NCBI GenBank assembly: GCA_035601415.1
Contig: DATNOG010000113.1
Location: 1,890 to 65,889 of the forward strand
Length of the DNA stretch: 64,000 nucleotides
Direction: 5' to 3'
Source: Pyrinomonadaceae bacterium
Lineage (GTDB): Bacteria; Acidobacteriota; Blastocatellia; Pyrinomonadales; Pyrinomonadaceae
In this document: positions 27,498 through 35,912 of the stretch, piece after piece
How positions within the stretch are numbered: position 1 is the first letter of the stretch
Layout: each line of letters begins with the position of its first letter
Made by a program: the position numbers and the translations under genes
Notes under the pieces: generated by a model
Seen by the model: only the letters and a program-made list of their open reading frames with translations
Database searches by the model: none
What the model was told of the DNA's origin: nothing

Positions 27498-28136
27498 ATG
27501 ACTCAAAGAAGACTTTGGTTACTCGCTCTGGTTATTTTTGTCGCCGCCATCGCTAGCGGTTGCAGCTACAACACGCTCACGACGAAACATGAAAATGTGA
27601 AGGGCAAATGGGCGAACGTAGAGACGCAGCTACAGCGTCGCAGCGACTTGCTCAACAACTTGATCGAAACTGCAAAACTCGCGGGCGTGCAGGAGCAGGA
27701 AGTATTCGGCAAGATTGCCGAGGCGAGATCAAAATTGCTGAATGCTGCACAGCAGGCGCCTCAGGGCGAAGGCGGCGACAAAAGTCCCGAACAAAAGCAG
27801 GCCGTCATCGATGCCGCGAACAGTTTCGGCGGGACCATTGGCCGGCTGCTCGCGTTGCAGGAAAACTATCCGCAGTTAAAGTCGAACGAGAATTTCTTGA
27901 AAGCGCAGGACGAGGTCGTGGGAACTGAGAACCGCATCGCCACCGCGCGCAAGGACTACAACGAAGCGGTGCAGGATTACAACACCACGCGCGCGCGCTT
28001 TCCCACCGTTATCTCCGCAAAGCTCTTTGGTTTTAAGGAAGAGCCTTATTTCAAAGCTGAGGAAGGCGCGACCACGGTTCCGAAGATTGATTCAAACAGC
28101 CTGCGCCCAAATCAAAGTCCGGCACCGACAAAGTAA
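27498..28136 (+). CDS. lemA: LemA family protein
   Basis: 212 aa. N-terminal TM/lipobox-like AIASGC. YNTLTTKHENVKGKWANVETQLQRRSDLLNNLIE .. ENRIATARKDYNEAVQDYNT..FPT. Confidence 0.9.
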   Translation: MTQRRLWLLALVIFVAAIASGCSYNTLTTKHENVKGKWANVETQLQRRSDLLNNLIETAKLAGVQEQEVFGKIAEARSKLLNAAQQAPQGEGGDKSPEQKQAVIDAANSFGGTIGRLLALQENYPQLKSNENFLKAQDEVVGTENRIATARKDYNEAVQDYNTTRARFPTVISAKLFGFKEEPYFKAEEGATTVPKIDSNSLRPNQSPAPTK

Positions 28137-28371
28137 CTCAGCGTTTGCCTAATACACTTGCAAAAAAAGGGCCGCGCGTTAAAAGGCGACCTCTTATCAT
28201 TGCTTGCAATTACCACAACTCTCCAGGTTGCCAACAACCTTGCCAACAGTCGTCATTGTGTCGCTAAAGCGTCGGCCACATGTTGAGCAAAGAGTCTACT
28301 CAACACGGTGTCCTTATAGTCCCAGGGGCCAACGACACTCACAAAAGCGAGGAAGTTCTTTTTCCTAAAAG

Positions 28372-28776
28372 CTACAGCATCAGAGCCTCTAACATCCCAT
28401 AAGAATCCGCCATCGCCCAGATCCGGTAAGTCGTCCTTGATGAGGCGAAAGTTTGGTTTTCCCCTGAGGCGGTGGCGTCTTGCTCGCTTTTAAGTCGCTT
28501 CCTAAAATCTTTCAAAGCTGCAGCGGCGCTCTCTTCGGTGTCATATTCGTTGACGGCCACTCTGACAATGACATTGCCTGCTTCCCACTGATCGACAATA
28601 ACGTTCTTGCTCCCCTCGATTGGGGTCACAGAATGGTGGGTCCAACCAGGCATGTTATCGCCGATCTTATCCGTCAAGCTCTGTTTCAACTTATCGAGCT
28701 TTTCAGAATTTCTTTGCGCTTGCACTGCTCCGGTGAGCAGTAACATAACCAACAAGCCAATGGAAAGTTTTTTCAT
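28372..28776 (-). CDS. secreted hypothetical protein
   Basis: 134 aa. Signal peptide MKKLSIGLLVMLLLTGAVQAQ. Lower-GC region. Confidence 0.55.
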   Translation of the reverse strand: MKKLSIGLLVMLLLTGAVQAQRNSEKLDKLKQSLTDKIGDNMPGWTHHSVTPIEGSKNVIVDQWEAGNVIVRVAVNEYDTEESAAAALKDFRKRLKSEQDATASGENQTFASSRTTYRIWAMADSYGMLEALML

Positions 28777-28829
28777 GGATCCACCTCAGTCGTCGTCATT
28801 CGTAATAACTCTGAAGCCTGGCTCTCGGT

Positions 28830-29378
28830 CTAGCAGTCTTGCTCAAGAACTTCAAATAGCAATTCCTCGGAATCAACACTCCAGGCGCCTCTTATTGCGA
28901 ACCGGTGTCGATTGATCAACTTATATGATCCCGGCAGCAGTGGCTCATACCAATCAGTTAGCCTCAGCGCATCTAACTCTTCTGTCGCAGCAGGTTCGAG
29001 TATGAATCCCCGTATACTGATGATAGTACCCGGATCTCTTTCCCGCGAGTCAACAAGCTTCGCGGTGTCTCTACGATAAGGAATCAGCTTGCCTTCCTTA
29101 TATAATTGCGGGCGATTCTGATAATAAGTGTCGAACATCAGCACCCTTATCTCGGAATTTGAATTGTTGGTTACCAGAATTTTGAACAGTGGCTTATTAC
29201 AGACGCGGTACGGCTCGTGTTTTGGTCCGGGTTGAACGTTAATAGGCACCATCCGCAACCTTACCTCTGAGACATCTTGCGATGATGCTAGCTCGGCTAC
29301 GTTTTTTTCCTGCAAATTCGGTAACATAAAACTAAGCCCGATCAGACTTAAACTAAGAAAAGAAGTGATTGTCGACAT
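28830..29378 (-). CDS. secreted hypothetical protein
   Basis: 182 aa. Hydrophobic N-terminus ITSFLSLSLIGLSFMLP. Lower-GC region. Confidence 0.55.
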   Translation of the reverse strand: MSTITSFLSLSLIGLSFMLPNLQEKNVAELASSQDVSEVRLRMVPINVQPGPKHEPYRVCNKPLFKILVTNNSNSEIRVLMFDTYYQNRPQLYKEGKLIPYRRDTAKLVDSRERDPGTIISIRGFILEPAATEELDALRLTDWYEPLLPGSYKLINRHRFAIRGAWSVDSEELLFEVLEQDC

Positions 29379-29482
29379 CGTAGTTCTCCAAACTGTGACC
29401 TATTAAGGAAGATTAGCTAATTATTTCTGATGCCCTGAATCTCTAAAGGCGTGTTCCTTTCATGTTTCTTAGGACCAATCCG

Positions 29483-31802
29483 TCAAAAACGATCTCGGTA
29501 TTCAGTTGAAAGCAGGAACGCGTTTATAATGTTATTGTATTTACCGTCACCTGCGTCCGGGTTTGTGCTATCAAGCACACCGACCCAATAGTTGAACCCG
29601 TCCCAGTTATTGTCGGGTGGAGCATTCGGCTCTCTCCGCAAAAATCCATTATAGCAGGCATATACGAATGCCTCGTTATAAGCGTGAGTACCGCGCTGGC
29701 CACCAAGCGCGGGGTGCAGTTGTATAAAGTCACCGGAGTAAAAGAAAGCTCTGGCAACATCGACGCGCTTAGTGCCCACGCAGTTCATATCGAAGGCACA
29801 CTGCGTGATGTTATACCTCCAATAGTTGAGACCACCCTGGTCGGGATCTCGGCGGAGAAAATCCGAGTATAGTTTCGTAACAAAATAGCGGGAGCCATCA
29901 ATCGAATTGTTAGTAACCGTCGTACCTTCGCAAGTCTGGTAGTTTATGTCATGAACGTTAGTCGAGGTTGACTGTATAGAATTAGTTCCGGTGGCGTTAA
30001 TGGGCAGTCCGGGCGTACTAGTGAAGTCGCGGCGATAAAGCGATGGGCTAATGTAATAATTGAAGCTAACCTGGCCACCCCAATTCCATGCCAGCCGAGC
30101 GTAGGGGTTGCCCGATCCTGAAAGAGCCATAGCTCTTTGAAAAGTCGGGTGTAGTGGATCCCCAATAAAGTAGAACACATAGGTTTCGAAATACTCCGAA
30201 ACGAAGAAAGCATCGTAGAAATTAGAGCCGAACTCGATGGACTCCCCAGGGGGATCAAAGTTGCCCATAGTAAGGGTAGTGCCCTCGGAGAAGTACCGAA
30301 CCGGATGACCGGGTTGGTTGACGAGATTGCTATCCAATTGCCAACCTGAATCAAAATTTGATTGGGGACTTCGGTGCGTGAAACATTGCGTATTTCCGCC
30401 TGTAATTGGAACGCCATTAATAACGATACTATCGCCGAGCAGGCGCTTGCGAAAAGTATTTATTACTTGCACAAACTTGATCCCGCTTTGTGCCAGGTCC
30501 GAAAGATACGGTCCCGAAGGTATTTGTGTTGTGGAGTTCCAGATAATACCGTCGTCTGCGGTGCCGGCCCAACATCCGAGCGTATAAGTCGACCCATTTA
30601 AAAATGAACAGCCGGAGTTCCTGTTTGCTTGGTCGGAAGCAACGCTTACAGCAGAGAAACTAGTGAGTAAGGGCAAGACAACAGTTACATCCACAAAGCC
30701 GGATGTGCTAGCACCATTTTTTGTATAGGTCACTGTTGCGCGATAAGTTCCTGTTTGATTCCAGCGAACGGCGACCGACGACTGGTTGATTCCGGTCGTG
30801 ATTGTAGGCGAACCTGTAAACGTCCATGCGTAAGTACCGCCCGCAAAGCCCGACGGAACAGGAGTAGCGTTTAGAGCTACGTCTGCAGCAAGCAGTGCAT
30901 TTTGCGTCGTCCCATTCAAGTATCCACCGACGCGCGCGCTTGTGATTTTGATATCTGAAGGAATCGTGAAGGTAAAATCGTCGAATCCTATTCCCAAAGG
31001 ATCATTAATTCCACGAATTACGACTTTGCTAATATCGGTCAATGATCCCAGATTAACACCGACTGTACGAGTGCCATTTCCGTAAACCGGATAGGTGGCG
31101 TACAGGGCGCTATTCCTGTAGACATCGAGAATTGAAAATTGGTTAAAAAACGCATCCACTCCAATCATGTAGAACGTCAGGTTGCTGACGGGTTGCGTGA
31201 ATTCAACAGTAGTTTGTCCGGCATCGTCTGGCTTGGTAACTATGTAATTTGGAGGCGAAGTAGTAGAACACGGACCGCAGTTCTGGTAGGTATGCACAGG
31301 ATAGAAAGAATTGCCGGAGTAAAACCTTACACCGTACTGACTGAGATATTGATCGGCAACGACGGTGTTGTTCGGTAGCTCATCGAAATTAATTCTCGCA
31401 GGCAGAGATACTGAGTCAACTGTGACAAAGCTCTGCGATGAGCCCCAGTTTCCATTGCTTTCAGAAACATACAACGTAACCGTATAGGCACCGTTAGCGT
31501 TGTATTGGTGACTCGGGTTTGGACCGCTGCCCCAAGTGTCGTCACCGAAGTCCCAGTAGTATCCGTCGATCCATCCGTCGTCACCAGTCCAGGATCCGCC
31601 GCCGTCAAGCGAGATGCTCTGCCCGGTCATGCCCAACGTAAGGTCCACCGGAAACGGCCGTCGGTGATTGGTACGTACCTCCACAATTATCGCAGACACT
31701 CTGACCAGCGACGGACGACGTTCCCAAAATAAAATATAAGCCGCAACCAACGATAAGAACTATGATTAAGCGCAAGAGTGAACAACAGTCTGCAAGGCGC
31801 AT
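29483..31802 (-). pseudogene. secreted PKD-domain / DUF4214-repeat protein, apparently frameshifted near 31625-31640 (or an assembly error)
   Basis: The main 755-aa frame (29483-31750) has no signal peptide. It carries a PKD core (DGYYWDFGDDTWGSGPNPSHQYNANGAYTVTLYV) and two DUF4214-like repeats (LYSDFLRRDPDQGGLNYW; CYNGFLRREPNAPPDNNWDGFNYW). The signal peptide and the start of the PKD domain (MRLADCCSLLRLIIVLIVGCG..SPTAVSGGPYVG) lie in a different frame, 31605-31802. Confidence 0.6.
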
Positions 31803-32036
31803 GAGAAACCTTTCGCAGAAGAAAGATTGAGTTTTAGCTAACAGGAGTGAGGCTCTGAGGAGCGGGACTCTTGTTAACGCAATGCAAGGACAACAAAAAC
31901 CTAATCGATGAGAACGCCCGCACTCTACTCCCAGCAGTAGTAGCTGTCAATGAAAGATTTCTTGTATTTATTCTAGAAAATGCTGAAAGCCTTTGTGTGT
32001 GCTTGCCGAGCAGAAGCCGACTGAGTTCGGCAGTAA

Positions 32037-32495
32037 TTAAAAGCCGCGCGAGCTGCACATCGCGCAATGATCGCAGGGTTTGCCGCCCGGCTCGACGCTG
32101 CATATTTTTTCTTTTTCGAAAAAGTCTACCAGTTCTGTAACCGTCGCTTCTTCGACGCCGAATTTTTCCTGACTCGGATGTGAATAGGAACTATTGATGC
32201 CTGCCAACCAGGGTGAATGGGTTGTGGGTGTCGTTCGCGCGGGGTTCGACAAACTTGCGGTGTTCGACAAACTTAAGTTTGTCGGACTGGTAACCGGACT
32301 GTTACCTGGGGGTGAAATCTTCGCTTCTAACTGAGAAATCTTTCTTTGCAGTTCACTGAGCCCGGCGCGCACGGCAGCGAGTTCTGAACTCATTTCGCCG
32401 GTTTGTTGTGTACGGATTGACGGCGAACTTTCGGCAGAAACGCGCCGAGCGATTCTTTCCGCTATCTCACGAGCTTGATCTTGTTCCGTGGACAT
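32037..32495 (-). CDS. BMC-locus-associated hypothetical protein: N-terminal amphipathic helix, coiled coil, S/T/P-rich linker, C-terminal C-x8-C-x2-C-x2-C motif
   Basis: Start trimmed to ATG 32495 (MSTEQDQAREIAERIARRV); the ORF-track extension reads through a REPIN doublet. The C-terminus is ICSVEPGGKPCDHCAMCSSRGF. Confidence 0.6.
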   Translation of the reverse strand: MSTEQDQAREIAERIARRVSAESSPSIRTQQTGEMSSELAAVRAGLSELQRKISQLEAKISPPGNSPVTSPTNLSLSNTASLSNPARTTPTTHSPWLAGINSSYSHPSQEKFGVEEATVTELVDFFEKEKICSVEPGGKPCDHCAMCSSRGF

Positions 32496-32501
32496 TTCTT
32501 T

Positions 32502-32572
32502 GTAGGACAGGCATTCCTGCCTGTCCAAATCTTCGCTATCAACAACTGGACAGACAGGAATGTCTGTCCTAC
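32502..32572. repeat. REPIN-like doublet (GGACAG hairpin family) filling the intergenic gap
   Basis: gtaggacaggcattcctgcctgtcc (32502-26), 21 bp, ggacagacaggaatgtctgtcctac (32548-72). Confidence 0.85.
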
Positions 32573-32844
32573 TACGCCAAGTCGATACGATCGACGACGC
32601 CAACGATCGCTGAATCAATAGCAGCCTGTGGCTTGCCGGTCGCGACAGTTGAAGCGCTCCAACCTTCCTGCACTATCAAAACTATATCGCCAACGCCCGA
32701 ATCAACCGCGTCGAGTGCCAACACAGTATAGGCCGTCTCTTCGCCTTCAGGTGTTATCTGTTGGCAAAGCATTATCCGCGCATTTTCGTAGCGCTGGTTT
32801 TTTTGCGAAGCGACAACGTTGCCTAACACTTTGGCTAGAATCAT
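32572..32844 (-). CDS. BMC-P pentameric vertex shell protein (EutN/CcmL family), paralog 3
   Basis: 90 aa: MILAKVLGNVVASQK..LALDAVDSGVGDIVLIVQEG..AIVGVVDRIDL. Confidence 0.88.
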   Translation of the reverse strand: MILAKVLGNVVASQKNQRYENARIMLCQQITPEGEETAYTVLALDAVDSGVGDIVLIVQEGWSASTVATGKPQAAIDSAIVGVVDRIDLA

Positions 32845-32854
32845 TTCTCTTGGT

Positions 32855-32951
32855 CCGTTGTCAGTTGTTAGTTGTTAGTTGTTCGGATCGTCTTTAACTG
32901 TGCAAAAACAACTAGCAACTGACTACTGACCACTGATTACTGACGACTGAC
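32855..32951. repeat. heptad inverted-repeat element (GTYAGTN family) between BMC-P paralogs 2 and 3
   Basis: Left arm ccgttgtcagttgttagttgttagttgttcgg. Right arm caactagcaactgactactgaccactgattactgacgactgac, which runs into the last codons (..VSRQ*) of the upstream BMC-P gene. Confidence 0.8.
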
Positions 32952-33212
32952 ATGCGCATCCGAATCGACGATGCCGATGATTGTGCAGTCTGTGGGCGTA
33001 TCTTCCCGTTTGAAAGGAAAGCTGGCCTCTTTTCCGCGGCACCAAAAAACCAACTCGCCAACTCCGGCGCCAACGGCATCAATCGCCACCATCGGTTTTC
33101 CGTTCGGCTGAAGGTCTTTATTTAAAGTTTGCACGACCAGCAGCTTGCGACCTTCAAGCGATTCATTCTTGATCGTTGCTACTACAGTGCCGATGACGCG
33201 TGCCAGTTGCAT
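32937..33212 (-). CDS. BMC-P shell protein (EutN/CcmL family), paralog 2
   Basis: Start trimmed to ATG 33212: MQLARVIGTVVATIKNESLEGRKLLVVQ..AIDAVGAGVGELVFW..IIGIVDS. Confidence 0.88.
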   Translation of the reverse strand: MQLARVIGTVVATIKNESLEGRKLLVVQTLNKDLQPNGKPMVAIDAVGAGVGELVFWCRGKEASFPFKREDTPTDCTIIGIVDSDAHVSRQ

Positions 33213-33213
33213 T

Positions 33214-33343
33214 GTTCGTGAACTGTGAACCGTGAACAGTAAACTGATAGGTATCCCAGGCACTGCGCAGTCGCTAAAAGCTTGATATGAATCCTGGTTT
33301 CCAGTTCCCGTTTTCAGTTCACTGTTCACTGTTCCCGGTTTAC
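33214..33343. repeat. heptad inverted-repeat element (GTGAACN family) between BMC-P paralogs 1 and 2
   Basis: Left arm gttcgtgaactgtgaaccgtgaacagtaaactg. Right arm ccagttcccgttttcagttcactgttcactgttcccggtttac. Confidence 0.8.
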
Positions 33344-33615
33344 TCCGGTTTCGCTATATCCACCGTATCGATCACGCCAACGATGGCCGCGTCGACGGGA
33401 GTATCTTTCATGCCTTGCGCCAGGCGTGCGCTCGAGCCCGCGACCACCAGCACGCGTTCATGAAAGCCGGCGCCGACAGTATCGACAGCAACCACATAAC
33501 CGGTCGTGTCGCTACCATCCACGTTAATCGGACGCACGATCAGCAGTTTCTTGCCCAGCAATCGTTCGTCCTTCTGTGATGAAACTACAGTTCCGAGAAT
33601 ACGCGCGATGATCAT
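33340..33615 (-). CDS. BMC-P shell protein (EutN/CcmL family), paralog 1
   Basis: 91 aa: MIIARILGTVVSSQKDERLLGKKLLIVRP..AVDTVGAGFHERVLVVAGS..AIVGVIDTVDI. Starts 2 nt after the BMC-H stop. Confidence 0.9.
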   Translation of the reverse strand: MIIARILGTVVSSQKDERLLGKKLLIVRPINVDGSDTTGYVVAVDTVGAGFHERVLVVAGSSARLAQGMKDTPVDAAIVGVIDTVDIAKPE

Positions 33616-33617
33616 GC

Positions 33618-33899
33618 TTAGCCGCGATTGCCGATTGGAAGCGCATCGTCAACACTGCCGTGTGGACGCGGAATCACATGCACGCTGACCAACTCGCCTA
33701 CGCGCCGGGCAGCGGCCGCACCGGCATCGGTGGCAGCTTTAACCGCAGCGACGTCACCGCGCACGATTGCGGTAACAAAGCCCGCGCCAATTTTTTCATA
33801 GCCGATAAGCGTTACGTTCGCGGCCTTGACCATCGCGTCAGCTGCTTCGATCATGGCGACCAGACCTTTAGTTTCAACCATACCGAGTGCTTCTTGCAT
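33618..33899 (-). CDS. BMC-H hexameric shell protein (PduA/EutM/CcmK family)
   Basis: 93 aa: [89 protein letters not shown]. Confidence 0.95.
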   Translation of the reverse strand: MQEALGMVETKGLVAMIEAADAMVKAANVTLIGYEKIGAGFVTAIVRGDVAAVKAATDAGAAAARRVGELVSVHVIPRPHGSVDDALPIGNRG

Positions 33900-33917
33900 T
33901 CAGTTGCTCCTTTAACT

Positions 33918-34104
33918 CGTGAATCGTAAATCGTGAATAGTAGTTGACTGTTAGATTACTCTGTTTCGTCAATTTGAACTAGTTGTACTTCTTAACTACC
34001 CCGGTATTCTTTGGATCTAACATCCAAGACATCGTAATCCTTTTCCGTTAGGTTCTAATCTTCCTTTGAACTATTTACGATTTACGATTTACGATTCACG
34101 AATG
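33918..34104. repeat. heptad inverted-repeat element (GTGAATC/GTAAATC family) with a ~115-bp centre, between the aldolase and BMC-H genes
   Basis: Left arm cgtgaatcgtaaatcgtgaatagtagttgactgttag. Right arm ctatttacgatttacgatttacgattcacgaatg. Confidence 0.8.
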
Positions 34105-34114
34105 TATTCACCAT

Positions 34115-34951
34115 CTACCAGACATTCCCGCCGCGCGTCTGAGTAAGAGCCAACGCGAGCAATTCCATCAACTCTTCTCTCGTCAACGTAATTTTTCCGG
34201 CACCGTTTGCCGGCGTTGAGTTTGGGTAAACAGTGGGGGCCGGACGGTCACCGGTGGGGCATGCCAACTGCGTTTCATGCAGATAACCACAAGCCTGGCA
34301 GCGCGCGCCCTCGCCCAGATAACCGGCGGCTTCACGCACGTTGATTAATTTTTCAATAGCGTCGGCCGGCAAATTCTTCGAGCCCCCGAGCATCCTCGCG
34401 AGAATCGCAATGCGCGCCGTGTGTTCCAGTGTCTCCAGCCGATCGAACGCTTGCCAAAGATCTGAACCGTAAGCCACCGCGCCGTGGTTCGCCATCAGCA
34501 ATGCGTTGTGATGTTTCACCAACGGCCGCATTGCTTCGGTTAGTTCGTCGGTTGAAGGCGTACCGTAGGCTGCAAGTGGAACGCAGCCTAGTGTCAGAAT
34601 AACTTCCGATAGAATCGGCTGATCGATTGGCAAACCTGCGACTGCGAAAGCAGTCCCGTGCGGCGGATGCGCATGACACACAGCTTTAACATCAGGACGT
34701 TCCTGATAAATCAACAGGTGCATGGCCAACTCACTCGACGGTTTTCGCTGGGTCAACGCTTTCCCGGACGCATCCGTGATCGCCAGCGAGTCTTCGCTCA
34801 TGCGGCCCTTGCAGATCATGGTCGGCGTCGCCACGATGCGGCCATCATCGAGGAGCACACTGACGTTGCCGTCTGACGAAACGACGTAACTGCGTTCGTA
34901 CAGCAACTGGCCAATGCGGCAAATGTCGCGCCTTGCGGTTTGCTCGTCCAT
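34115..34951 (-). CDS. class II aldolase/adducin-family protein (fuculose/rhamnulose-phosphate aldolase-like) with a ~65-aa C-terminal extension
   Basis: Start trimmed to ATG 34951 (MDEQTARRDICRIG). Metal-site region VCHAHPPHGTAFA. C-terminal tail ..KITLTREELMELLALALTQTRGGNVW. Confidence 0.85.
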   Translation of the reverse strand: MDEQTARRDICRIGQLLYERSYVVSSDGNVSVLLDDGRIVATPTMICKGRMSEDSLAITDASGKALTQRKPSSELAMHLLIYQERPDVKAVCHAHPPHGTAFAVAGLPIDQPILSEVILTLGCVPLAAYGTPSTDELTEAMRPLVKHHNALLMANHGAVAYGSDLWQAFDRLETLEHTARIAILARMLGGSKNLPADAIEKLINVREAAGYLGEGARCQACGYLHETQLACPTGDRPAPTVYPNSTPANGAGKITLTREELMELLALALTQTRGGNVW

Positions 34952-34980
34952 AACTAATCTTGTTTCGCTTGAGGCCCGAA

Positions 34981-35044
34981 GCTCAGAGTCCAAGCTTTAG
35001 CTTGCCGTGTCGAGTCCACGCAACCTACAGGTTGTACTCTCAAC
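34981..35044. repeat. 65-bp palindromic element, copy A (GAGTACAACC..AAGCTAAAGCTTG..)
   Basis: Reverse complement gagtacaacctgtaggttgcgtggactcgacacggcaagctaaagcttggactctgagc aligns with 36611-36676. Confidence 0.7.
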
Positions 35045-35046
35045 TA

Positions 35047-35754
35047 CTACAACTCCTGCTCGTTGACTTCGTTCAATTCTTCAAACTGCTGCTTGCGCTG
35101 GCGCGTTGTAGTGACTTTAGACTGCGGTCGCGCCAGGAAATAAGACAGAGACTCGAGTGAAGTTGTCAGATCCACCGTCTTCACTTTCACATCAAGGCGC
35201 GCGCTGAGCGGCGCCGGCGCGAAATTCAAAATCGCCTTAATGCCCGCTGACATGATTTGGTTGAGAACTTTTTGCGCCACGCGCGCGGGGACCGCGATGA
35301 CCATTACGTCGATCGATTCCTGCTTGACCACGAGCGGCATCTCTCTTACGTCGTGGATTGCTATCTCGTCTTCACCAACGCGGCGTCCGATTTTCGTTTC
35401 GTCGTTATCGAAAATTGCGACTACAGTGAAGTTTGATTTTGAGAACCCCCGATAGTTCGCCAGCGCTGTGCCCAAGCGTCCCGCGCCGACAATGCCAACC
35501 CGATGCGGCTTGTCCAATCCGAGAATGTTTGTGATGTATTCGCGCAAATCGGCGACGTAATAGCCAACACCGCGTACACCAAACTCGCCAAAGTAGCCCA
35601 AATCCTTCCTGATTTGCGCAGAGTTCAGGTTGAACTGTTCTGCCAGCGCCTGTGACGAGATGGTTTTGATGCCGGCCGCAGCGAGCGTGTTCAGGCAGCG
35701 CAGATAAACGCTCAATCGATTCGTAGTCAACTCTGAAATTTTCTCTGATTTCAT
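35047..35754 (-). CDS. rex: redox-sensing transcriptional repressor Rex
   Basis: 235 aa: RLSVYLRCL..ISSQALAEQFNLNSAQIRKDLGYFGEFGVRGVGY..VGIVGAGRLG. Confidence 0.9.
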   Translation of the reverse strand: MKSEKISELTTNRLSVYLRCLNTLAAAGIKTISSQALAEQFNLNSAQIRKDLGYFGEFGVRGVGYYVADLREYITNILGLDKPHRVGIVGAGRLGTALANYRGFSKSNFTVVAIFDNDETKIGRRVGEDEIAIHDVREMPLVVKQESIDVMVIAVPARVAQKVLNQIMSAGIKAILNFAPAPLSARLDVKVKTVDLTTSLESLSYFLARPQSKVTTTRQRKQQFEELNEVNEQEL

Positions 35755-35793
35755 TTCGAGGGCCTGGCAGTAAGTATAGACCCAATGTGAAAT

Positions 35794-35897
35794 AGTTTCG
35801 AGTTTCGAGTTTAGAGTGTCGGGTATCAGGTGTCAGGTGCCAGGTGTCTGTTTGATTCCTGCCTGAACCCGATACCTGACACCTGATACCCGACACC
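35794..35897. repeat. heptad inverted-repeat element (AGTTTCG + GGTRYCA family) in the rex|ruvA divergent gap
   Basis: Left arm agtttcgagtttcgagtttagagtgtcgggtatcaggtgtcaggtgccaggtgtc. Right arm cccgatacctgacacctgatacccgacacc. Confidence 0.8.
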
Positions 35898-35912
35898 CTG
35901 CCTGGAAGCAGC

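Noticed and set aside
28160-28200. A-tract plus imperfect GC hairpin (aaaaaaagggccgcgcgttaaaaggcgacc) between lemA and the 134-aa gene as a bidirectional terminator
   Set aside because: The arms pair at only about 5 of 7 positions by eye, which is too weak to call without energy calculation.
35786-35801. Possible Rex operator upstream of rex (TGTGAAatagTTTCGA)
   Set aside because: Only one half-site matches the TGTGAA/TTCACA consensus and the other matches 3 of 6. It needs a PWM scan before being called. A TCGAAA-17-TATACT promoter-like string overlaps it.
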